NCBI RefSeq assembly: GCF_016432865.1
Contig: NC_067403.1
Coordinates: forward strand, 263,810,001-263,874,000
Reading direction: 5' to 3'
Source: Antechinus flavipes
Lineage: Eukaryota
DNA length: 64,000 nucleotides
Shown: positions 11,740 to 21,600 of the stretch, one piece after another
How positions within the stretch are numbered: the stretch's first letter is position 1
How the letters are laid out: every line of letters starts with the position of its first letter
Position numbers and translations under genes: made by a program
Notes under the pieces: model-generated
What the model saw: only the letters and a program-made list of their open reading frames with translations
Told to the model about the DNA's origin: nothing
The model's database searches: none

Positions 11740-12215
11740 GTTGAGGCTGGGGGGCCTGCCGCGTCTCGGGGGCCTGCCGTGTCATGGGGGCCTGCCATGT
11801 GTCTCGGGGGACTGCTGCATCTTGGGGGCCTGCCACATCTCAGGGGCCTGCCGCGTCATGGGGGCCTGCCATGTGTCTCAGGGGCCTGCTGCGTCATGGG
11901 GGCCTGCCACATCTCAGGGGCCTGCTGCGTCATGGGGGCCTGCCACATCTCAGGGGCCTGCTGCATCATGGGGGCCTGCCATGTGTCTCGGGGGACTGCT
12001 GCATCTTGGGGGCCTGCCACATCTCAGGGGCCTGCCATGTGTCTCGGGGGACTGCCACATCTCAGGGGCCTGCCGCATCATGGGGGCCTGCCACATCTCA
12101 GGGGCCTGCTGCATCATGGGGGCCTGCCGTGTGTCTCAGGGGCCTGCTGCGTCATGGGGGCCTGCCACATCTCAGGGGCCTGCTGCATCATGGGGGCCTG
12201 CCGTGTGTCTCCACC
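11740..12215. repeat. Composite 18-20-bp minisatellite (ggggcctgcc...), CDHR5-IRF7 intergenic
   Basis: Four monomer types are interleaved, and one multi-monomer block is duplicated. Confidence 0.9.
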
Positions 12216-12754
12216 CTGCCTCCCCGACTCCTCTTCAGGCTGTCCCCATCCAGCCTCCCCGTCACCGGCACCCCCCCCCCAAAGCCTGCTGCTCACTGGT
12301 GGCCCAGGATTCACTGGCAATAGAGGCTTTTTCCTTTTCCTCTCATGTGCTCATCTCCCTGGGGGGCGCCACGCTCCCTGGGGCTCAGCTCAACCCACCC
12401 CCAGGGCCTAGAACCTGGAAGGGCTCCCTGAAAGCTTATGATCAATTCATCAACGACAGGCAAGTTGGAAGGGAAGGGACAGCAGGAAAGCCAGGGTGGG
12501 AGTGATCGGGCGCCGGGGGAGGGAAAGCCCCGAGGAGCCTGGGACTGAGGACGGCTGAAGGGAGGGAGGCGGGCTGGGGAGGGGGAGGGCAGGGCCAGGG
12601 GCTGCCTCACAGCCGGCCCTCCAAGGGAGCTTCCCAAGCCCAAGGGAGAGCCAGGGAGATGGGGGGGCTTGGCCAAGGGTCTCTGGGAGCTAGTGGAAGG
12701 GCTGTAATTCACTCTCAGCGCCCTGGATGGCAGAGGAAGGGAGAGAAGGAGGCA

Positions 12755-13070
12755 GGAGAGAGAAAGAGAGGCAGAGACAGAGAGACAGATGGTCAAGGAC
12801 GTAGAGACAGACATTCAGAGACAGACATAAAGACAGAGACAGACAGGAGAGAGAAACAGGTAAAAGAGACAGAAAGGACAGAAAAACAGACAGAGACAGA
12901 CAGAAAGGAGAGAGAAACAGACCGACGGACATAGAGGAGAGAGAAACAGACAGATGGACATAGAGGAGAGAGAAACCGAGTTAAAAGAAATAGACAGGAC
13001 AGAAAAACAGAGAGAGGCAGAGACCTATGGACATAGAGACAGACACAGAGGAAGAGAAAGAGACAGACAT
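12755..13070. repeat. GA/GACA-rich simple repeat
   Basis: Purine-rich low-complexity run (agagacagacag...). Confidence 0.9.
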
Positions 13071-13255
13071 AGTCCTCTGCCAGGCCCCCCCTCCCCCCTC
13101 CCTTCCTCCCCCCACTCAGACCTCTCCCTCCCCTTCCATCTTTGGACCACGTGACTTCTGGGAGGCCCAGAACCGGTTCCTTATGCCCGGGTACTTCCTC
13201 CTTCTGGGCGGGCTGGGGGGGGGGGGGTGGCTGAGCTCCACCCCCAAGGGAGCCC

Positions 13256-13535
13256 TATAAAGTCAGGAGAGGGGCAGGACTCCAGGGAAAGGCATTCACT
13301 GCTCCCAGTGGCTGTAGGTGCTGAGACTGGGGCAAAGCGGGGAGGGGGTGGAACAGAGAGGGAGGGAGAGATCGGGGAGGAAGGGAGCAGATCCCGCTGA
13401 TCCAGGGACTGAAGGACTGAGGGAGGGGGGCGGCATTGAGATGCAAAAGGTGGGAAGGAGCTAAGAGGAGCCCAGCTGGGGGTGGCTTCCTCCCAGGCCC
13501 CTTCCTCACTCATCCAGCTCGACCTTCGCTTTCGG
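13256..13535 (+). promoter_or_regulatory. IRF7 promoter region: TATAAA (13256-13261) and ISRE-like TTCGCTTTC (13525-13533)
   Basis: Motifs seen directly. The minus-strand core GAAAGCGAA matches my recollection of the human IRF7 ISRE (GGAAAGCGAAACC), but here it lacks the final A. Confidence 0.45.
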
Positions 13536-14041
13536 TCTGGGCAAGCACAAAAGCCAGCCTGGAGAGGGGGCTGGAGGAGGGGGGAGGGAGCTGGGGGAGG
13601 GGCTGGGGATGGAGGAGGGGGCCGGGGAGGCTGGGGGACCTTGGCCCATCCCCGGCGCTGGCCTCTGTTTCCTCCTCCGCGGTCTACCCTCGTGGTCACC
13701 TTGATGCCCTCGGCTGCAGCGGGGCGGGTTCTCAGGAAGCTTCCTGCTCCCCTCTCCCTGCCCCGGGCCCAGGCTCCCAGAGCCCGGCCAGGGCAGAGGC
13801 CGCGGGACGGGCAGGGCTGGGGGCCCGGCGCAGCGCCGTCGGGGAGACCCTCTCCGGTCCTCCTCAGCCACACTGTGTTCCGTCCCCTCGCCCCTTCATG
13901 GCTCTGCAGGGCCCCCATTCGGAACAAGCTTGAACTTGGAGCATCTGCGAGTCATCGGGTCTGCTTGGGGAGCCTGGATGACCCCGGGCCAGACCTAGAA
14001 CATCGGTGGCCACAGGCAGAGCCCCCTCCCCGCTCTGAGCC

Positions 14042-17000
14042 ATGGCCTTGGATGCCCAGAGGTAAGAGGCCCCGTGCTCGGGTCCCCGGCCCCTCTGCCC
14101 GCCCGGCGGCCTCCCTGACCCGGAGACGCCAACGCCCGTCCTTGCAGGGGGTCCCAGCGAGTGCTCTTCGGCGAATGGCTCCTGGGGGAGGTCAGCAGCG
14201 GGCGCTACCAGGGGCTGGGCTGGCTGGACGCTGCCCGCACCTGCTTCCGAGTGCCCTGGAAACACCTGTCTCGGAAGGACATCAGCGAAGACGACGCGAG
14301 CATCTTTAAGGTGGGGCTCGTGGGGCTCGGGCAGGGCTCGTGCGGGGCGCCCGGGCGGCTCCGGCTCAGTCGCCGCCCTTCGCTCCCGGCAGGCCTGGGC
14401 CGTTGCGCGAGGGCGGTGGCGACCCAGCCCCGAGGGCGGCGGCCCCCGGCCCCCAGAGGTCTCGGAGCGCTCCCACTGGAAGACCAACTTCCGCTGCGCC
14501 CTGAAGAGCACCCAGCTGTTCACCCTGGTGGAGGACAGGTCCTGGGACGAGCACGACCCCCACAAGGTGTTCGCCCTCAGCCAGCCCTGGCCCGGGGCCG
14601 CAGGTAGGCGGGGCCTCCGGCAGAATCCAGGCCATCCCGGGGGACCGACGGGTCGGTGACGCCCCCAACCTCTCGCCCTCTCCAGAAGTCGACAAGACCT
14701 CCGGGGAGCAGCAGCCGCAGGGCATCGGTCCTTTGGGCCCTGTGGTCGATGGCACGATGACAAAGGTTCATGGCCGAAGTGGCGACTGTCCCACGGCTGC
14801 CAAGAGACGCCGATGGCATGGGGAGGGTCCCAGAAGCCCGAGGCGGTGGCCAAGTCCCAGGGGAAGGGGGCCCAACCCCTCTGCACAGCGTCCGGGTTCC
14901 TGGCTTCTCCTCTGCCCCCCACTGCTCCCCTCCCCCTGCCAGCCTTGCACCTGCCTCCAACTGCCCATGTCTCCTTCTAGCTGCAGGCCGGACTCCGGGT
15001 CCTCTCTCTGGACGGACACGCCGCTGGTGAGGGGCCGGCGGGGAGGGAGCAGGGGCCGGGGGGGGGGGGGGGGGAGCAGGGGCCGGGGGCCGGAGGGGAG
15101 GGAGCAGGGGCCGGGGGGGAGGGAGCAGGGGCCGGGGGCCGGCGGGGAGGGAGCAGGGGCCGGGGGCCGGAGGGGAGGGAGCAGGGGCCGGGGGGGAGGG
15201 AGGGAGCAGGGGCCGGGGGCCGGAGGGGAGGGAGCAGGGGCCGGGGGGGAGGGAGCAGGGGCCGGGGGCCGGAGGGGAGAGAGCAGGGGCCGGGGGACGG
15301 AGGGGAGGGAGCAGGGGCCGGGGGACGGAGGGGAGGGAGCAGGGGCCGGGGGCCGGAGGGGAGGGAGCAGGGGCCGGGGGCCGGAGGGGAGAGAGCAGGG
15401 GCCGGGGGCCGGAGGGGAGAGAGCAGGGGCCGGGGGACGGAGGGGAGGGAGCAGGGGCCGGGGGCCGGAGGGGAGAGAGCAGGGGCCGGGGGCCGGCGGG
15501 GAGGGAGCAGGGGCCGGGGGACGGAGGGGAGGGAGCAGGGGCCGGGGCCGGCGAGTCCCCGCCCTTCCCCGAGCTCGGCTTCTTGACCCGCAGACGTTCC
15601 CAGTCCTGACCTTCTCCAACTGGCCCTGGCGCAGAGCGAGCTGGGGGGTCTGGCAGAGGCCCCCGACTCTTTCCAAGGTGAGCGCAGGGCAGCTCTCGGG
15701 AACCAGGGACAGCTGCGGGAGTGACGGGGAGGAGGTCCAAGGGGGCTCGGGGGAAGGTGACGCTCAGGCGGGACCCGCAGGCGAGGTGGGTTCTGGGGCC
15801 TGGGAGGGCGAGCGCGGGAAGCTCCTCGGAGGGAGCTGGCCAGAGACGGAGGCAGCGAGTCCCCGGCCGCGGCTTCGGGCGGCCCAACTGACGGGCTTGG
15901 AAAGATCCAAGAGCACGGAGCCCCGGACGGCCTCCCGCGGGGCACAGGAGCGGGCCCTGGCCTCTGACAGGGCCTGCAGGGAGCGCGCCCCCGCTCTCCT
16001 CCCACCGGGCAGAGCTCTGGAGAGAGCCTGAGGAGGCGGACAGAGCCCCGCCCCGGAGAACCCTGGGTGACCCCCCCTCCGGACTGAGACCCAGAAGCCG
16101 GGCCGTGGGGAGCCCGTGAGGGAGGCCGGGTCCCCCTGGTTCCCCTCTGTCCCTCCCTGCCTCCCGCTGGGAGGCCTCAGCCAGGCCCGTTCCTGCCTCC
16201 TAGGGGAAGAGCCTGCCCGGGTTCTCAGCGAGGCCGGGCGCCCTCGGGATGGAGGCTTCTGTCCAGCTCCCCAGCTCCCTCTGAGCAGTAAGGGGGGGCG
16301 GGGTTCGGCGTGTGTGTGCGTGTGTGCCAGGGCTTGGGACCTTGGGACTTAGATCTTGGGATGGCCCCTCCCTCTCCAGGCTCCTCCCTCCCCCCAGGTT
16401 CCCTTCTCAGACCCCTCCCTCCCCCCAAGTTCCCTCCCCAGGCCCCTCCCTCTCCAGGCTCCTCCCTCCCCCCAGGTTCCCTCCCCAGGCCCCTCCCTCC
16501 CTCCCCAGACTCCTCCTTCCTCCCAGATTCCCTCCTCAGACCCCTCCCTCCCCCCAAGTTCCCTCCCCAGGCCCCTCCCTCCTTCCTCAGGCCCCTCCCT
16601 CCTTCCTCAGGCCCCTCCCTCCCTCCTCAGGCTCCCTCCCCACTGGCTTGGACTTGACCATCCTGTATAAGGGCCAGGTGGTGGGCCAGGCGGCCGTGGC
16701 CCAGGCCAGCTGCCTCTTGGTGGCCGGCGGCCCCTGCACGCCGCCCCCCGCGGGGGCCGCGGCCCCCCAGCTCGTGGCCTTGCCCAGCCCGGAGGCGCTG
16801 CGTCTCGCCGACCGGAAGCAAGCGCACTACACGGAGCAGCTGAGGCAGCACATCGAGCCGGGGCTGGAGCTGCAGCTGTGGGGGCAGGGCCTCTGGGCCA
16901 AGCGGATGGGCAGGTGCAAGGTGTACTGGGAACGCGGCGGCCTCCTGGCGGCCTCGGAGACTCCGCCCCCACCCCGCCTGCTCCCCAGGAACGAGGCCAC

Positions 17001-17586
17001 ACCCATCTTCGACTTCTCGGTCTTTCGGCAGGGTCAGTGCTCTGGCTCTTGGGGTCCGCCTGCCCCTCCCCCCATCCCTGGGGTCCACCTCTCCCTCCCC
17101 CGGCCCGGATCTCTGGGTATCCAGCTTTCTGCCTCCCCCAGCCCAGGTCCCTGGGATCCCCCTCTCTCTCCCACCTCCAGCTCACAGCAGCTTTCTCCTA
17201 GAGCTGGCGGAGTACAGGGATCAGAGGAGACGCACGTCCCCCGACTACACCATCTACCTGGGCTTTGGCCAGACCCTGTCCAGGAGGCCCACGGAGAAGA
17301 ACCTCATACTGGTGAAGGTGGGGGGGCGTTAAAATGGTGGCGGGCCCCTCCCCCCCAGTTCACCCCCGAGGGGGGCGGTGGGAGGAGCCTGCGCTAGCTC
17401 CCCCCTCAGGTCTCTCCCTCCCCCCAGGTGGTGCCCCGAATCTGCCAGCTGTGCCATGAGGCCGTTCAGCGGCAGGAAGGCGTGTCCTCCCTGGACAGCG
17501 GCGGCCTCAGCCTGCAGGTGTCCAACAGCCTCAGCCTCTATGAAGTGTTGGAGAACTTCCTCATGGAGACCGAATACCCGGCCTAG
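14042..17586 (+). CDS. IRF7: Interferon regulatory factor 7, ~454 aa
   Basis: Exons 14042-14061 (MALDAQR), 14148-14310, 14393-14603, 14686-14765, 14981-15026, 15594-15677, 16204-16287, 16631-17032, 17202-17317, 17428-17586; the linker exons are less certain. DNA-binding domain [13 protein letters not shown]...WKTNFRCAL...DPHKV; IRF-association domain LDLTILYKG...[10 protein letters not shown]...PIFDF; YTIYLGFGQ; Ser-rich tail [17 protein letters not shown]. Confidence 0.96.
15030..15550. repeat. G-rich ~27-28-bp minisatellite (ggggccgggggccggaggggagggagca), IRF7 intron
   Basis: Directly visible tandem array. Confidence 0.95.
16365..16630. repeat. C/T-rich degenerate minisatellite directly upstream of the IRF7 IRF-association-domain exon
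   Basis: ccccaggcccctccctcc-type units; the last four units have a 20-bp period. Confidence 0.9.
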
Positions 17587-17748
17587 ATGTGCTGCCCTTG
17601 CCTGGAGGAGGGGGACGGATCAAGGCTGTCCGAAGCCTGCTGGGGGCTCAGTCTTTGGGACGGATGCCCCTCTCCTGTGTGTGCAGCACAGACCCAGGCC
17701 TCCTTTCCTAGCCAAGTCATCAGTGGCTCCCTCTTGCTTCTCACGGAA

Positions 17749-17754
17749 AATAAA
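17749..17754 (+). terminator. IRF7 poly(A) signal AATAAA
   Basis: About 160 bp after the stop codon, followed by a GT/T-rich tract. Confidence 0.8.
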
Positions 17755-18410
17755 AAAAACTCTGCTTCTGGCTTTTTGCTTCTTCAGTCCCACAGTGTGT
17801 GTTCATTCCCTGGCCAGGGAGCCCCTGGCCCCCGTGTCCTCCCCCTCCAATCCCCTCGGCCCGTGCACCCCTTTAATCCTCGAGCCACTTGCCCACTGCT
17901 GTCTGCGCCTATAACTTCTCCGTCCCCCCTCTGGTCCCCGCAGGCTCCACCTCTAAAGGTGTGTGTGGGGGGTGCAGTTGCAGGGTCTGCCCCCCATCCT
18001 CCCCCACCTCCCCAAGAAGGAAGACAGAACAATGAGAACGCTTTAAAGCCACCAAACTCTACTCAAAAAATACAAAATGTTCTCAAACAGACGTTAGCCG
18101 CACACGTGGCCGGCGTGGCACTCCCGGAGGAGCCGGGGAAGGGACAGACGTTCCCCACACCCATTTTCCTCAGGAAAGGGGCCCCCAATTCACCAACAGG
18201 AAACATAATCGGAACAAGACAAGTCTCCTACACGGGGGAGGGGGACGGCGGGGGTGGCCCAGCCCTTCCTGCCGTCGGACGTCCACTCTGTGTGGACCGG
18301 CTCAAGGCCGCCCGTTTCAAGTATGAAATCGATTCCGGTTTCTAAAGACAATCCATGTTTCGATAAATTAGAACACAATGAAAACAGCGTCTAGAGAATA
18401 TAGAGTTACT

Positions 18411-18449
<39 letters not shown>

Positions 18450-18470
18450 GCTATGTATATATATATATAT
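18411..18470. repeat. (TA)n microsatellite in the PHRF1 3' UTR
   Basis: Directly visible. Confidence 0.95.
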
Positions 18471-18626
18471 AAAAAGCCGCCCCTTGCACACCGGGATCGG
18501 GACGGGGCCCAGACCAAAGGAAACCCCGAGAACGGCGGCGGTGCTTTCATCAGCCCAGAGTTTAATGGCGGTCGCTGCGGGGCGTGCGCGTGCGGGCAGG
18601 GAGGGGCTGCCGTCCCCAGCCCGGCC

Positions 18627-21600
18627 TCAGTTCTCCATGTCGTGCGGCTCCTCCTCGGCCTCCAGAGGCTTCTTGTGCTTCCGCATGTGCTTGTACTTCT
18701 CCACGTAGGCCTTGACCAGGTTCGCCACCTTCATGGGGTTGATCTCCCCGCTCTTGCTATGACAGATCTGGGGGGAGCCACCCCGGGGCCGGCGGTCAGC
18801 TGGCCTGGCCCGGCCGCCTCGGCCCGCCCTCCCACCCGCCGCCCGGCCCCCCCCTTCACCTTCTGCACGGCCTTGCGCAGGATGTCCTTGTACTCGTCCT
18901 TGGTGATCTCCCGCTTCTGGTAGAAGGGTTTGATGGCCAGCTTGACCTCCTCCACGGCGCGCTCCTGCACATGCAGCTTCTTCATGTACTACGGGAGGAT
19001 GGCGCAGACAGTGAGCATGGGGGCGTGGGGGCCCCGCCCCGGCCCGCTCCTCCTCACCCAGCCCCCGACTCACCTCTTCGTTTTTCGTCCTCTCAGCCGC
19101 CGGCTTGGCCGCCGCCGCCTTTTCCTCCCCGTCTCCCGCGCCCGGCGCCTGAGCGCCAGGCTCCGAGGCTGCGGCCAGCACGGCTGGCTCCGGGGTCAGG
19201 CTCTGTCCTGCCCCGCAGCCCACGAGGGGCAGGCTGCCCTGCATGATAAACTGCACGGTGGGCTGGCTGACCGGGGCATAGGGCGGCACGCTTGGGGGCA
19301 GAGTCGGGGGCAGAGGCATGTTGGGGCTGTAAACCTGCACAGACACACCCCCCCGCCCCGCCGCGGTCAGAGCGCGTTCCCGGCCGGCCCTGCCCCCCCC
19401 CCCCCAGCCCCTGGTGGCGCCCAGCATGCCGACAATGAGATGAGAGCCGCGGGTGGAGCAGGATGGGCGGTGGGTGGGATGGCAGTGCCCGAGGATGGAG
19501 TGGGATGCTGCCCGCAGCCCTTCCCCGGAGCGGACACCAACCTGAGCACAATCTAGGTCGGGAAACATGGGCTCCGCGACCATGTAATTGGTGGGAGGAG
19601 GCTCACGGGACTGCACCTGATTTAGGCCGGGGTCCGAATCCTCCGCTTTCCAGGCCCCTTCCAGAGATCGCGGCAGCTTGTGGAACGGCGGCCCTGCAGA
19701 GGGAGGGAGCCAGAGAGCAGCGCTGCTGAGGAAGCCGGGCCGGGACCATCGGAGCTGGATCCAGGTCTGGCCTCGGATGCTTCCTCATCGTGGGGCCGCG
19801 GCCCAGCTCGAGACCTGGGAGTCTGGCCCCGCCAGCCGTGACTTTTGGGGACCCGGTCCCCTCCTCCTCGTGTCAGTCTGCCATCAGCTGGGGGGAGGGG
19901 GGGAATGAGGAAGGGAACAGACATGGCCCCTGAGGGTAAAGTGAGGATGGGAGGCCAGGATTCTGAGTCTGAGATGGAAGGAACCAAGAGGGAAGAGACG
20001 GGAAGCGGCCCTGAACGCCGGCCTGGCCGGGCCCCTGTGGTTGGGGAGACTGGCCAAGAAGGGTCCCCCCTGCGCTCCCAAGATGAGAGCTCCCCGGAGG
20101 GCCTCTGACTGCCCCTCTGCGCCCAGCCCACCCCCCCACCCCCGGTCCTTACTTGGCCCGGGCTCGGGGCCCGCCATGCTGTCCTCTTCCTCCTGAAGAT
20201 TCCAAGTCACCCTCTTCACCAAAGCTTTAGATTTCAGCAAAGGGATTTGGGAAATGACTTCCATTTCGGACTCAACGGCCTCACTGATCTCCTCTCCGAC
20301 CACAGGGGCCTCCCCCACCTGGTTCTCCGGGGCATCCTGGGAGGGCAGGGTCTCGCCCGGGGGGCCCTCTGAGGGAGCTGGAGGCTCCGGGGGGGCCTCC
20401 AACTTGGTGCTGGCAGCAGCCCCCAGGCTCACACTGCACTGGGCACTGGCCACAGGCAGAGCCGGGGGCAGCAGGAGGCCCCTTTCTGGGGACGAGTCTG
20501 TGCTCTCCGGGGAAGGGGGGGAGCTCATGTCATCCAACTGAATGAAGACGGCATCACTGGAAAAGTCATCAAACACGTGCTCCGCCTCCACGGTCTCCCC
20601 GTAGTCAAGGTCGTCAGCAGGAACTACCACGGGTGCCTCGGGTTGGCCAGAGGCGGCGGGCGGTGTCTCTTCTGCAGCCGGGGGGTCCTGTGGGGGCTCC
20701 ACGGGGCTGGGAGGGGCTTGGCTGGGGACTGTTGTCTTGGGCTCCTCCTGTGGGGCCGGGGGAGACACGTCTTTCTCGGGCTGCTTCTTGTCCCGGGAGC
20801 GGGAGCGCGAGCGGGGTCGCTTCTCTCTGGACCTGGCCCTCTTGTGCTCGCGGGACCTGGAGGCGGAAGGCGAGCGAGACCTCCATTTCCTCCTCTCCCT
20901 GGACCGTGAGCGGGAGGTCCGACGGTCCCGCGGCCGGGAGCTCCGCTCCTTCTTCTCGTAGCGCTCGAAGCTCTTCTGTCTGCGGTGTTTGTGCCTGCGC
21001 GCTCGGTCGGTGCTGCTGGACCGCGAGCCCTCTCGGCCCCGGGCCCGCGAGCCCGACCGCCGCCTCCTCTTCTTGCGGCTCTCGCAGACTTCGTACGAGG
21101 AGCTGCCGGGGCTACCAGAGCGCGAGTGTGACTTCCTGCGGTCCCGGGACCAAGGCCCCTTCCTCTTCTCCTTACTCTTCTCCTTAGCTCTCTTCTTCTT
21201 GGCTCTGTCGTGGCTGCTGGAGCGGTCGCTAGACGACCGCCGCGGCTTGGCCTTGACCCGGTGCTTTTTGGCGTAGTCCTCTTCCACGGACCAAGAGGTG
21301 GAGCGTGAGCTTCTCTCCCGGGAGTGAGACCGCGAGCGAGAGCCGGACCGCGTCTTCTTGTGCTCCTTGCCGGAGGCTTTTTTCCGCTTGGCTTTCTTGC
21401 GGCTGCGCGAGCTCGAGTTGGACCGTGACCGGGACGGGGAGTGAATCTCCACGATCCTGTGGGTGGTGGCGGCTGGTCTGTCCACCTCTTCTTCCTCCTC
21501 TTCCTCCTCAGGCGAGGCCGGCTCGATGGTCACACACGTCACAGTCCGCTCCTCTGCATCAAAGAAGGTGCTGCGCCGCTCACGCCCGTCAGCCTCCAGG

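Noticed and set aside
11675-12505. Cys/Gly-rich ORFs (GACHISGACC...) resembling keratin-associated or metallothionein proteins
   Set aside because: All three frames are open over a composite minisatellite, with no promoter, Kozak or poly(A) support.
14577-16031. Several 300-436-aa ORFs on both strands
   Set aside because: They are produced by the IRF7 intronic G-rich VNTR and do not follow the IRF7 splice structure.
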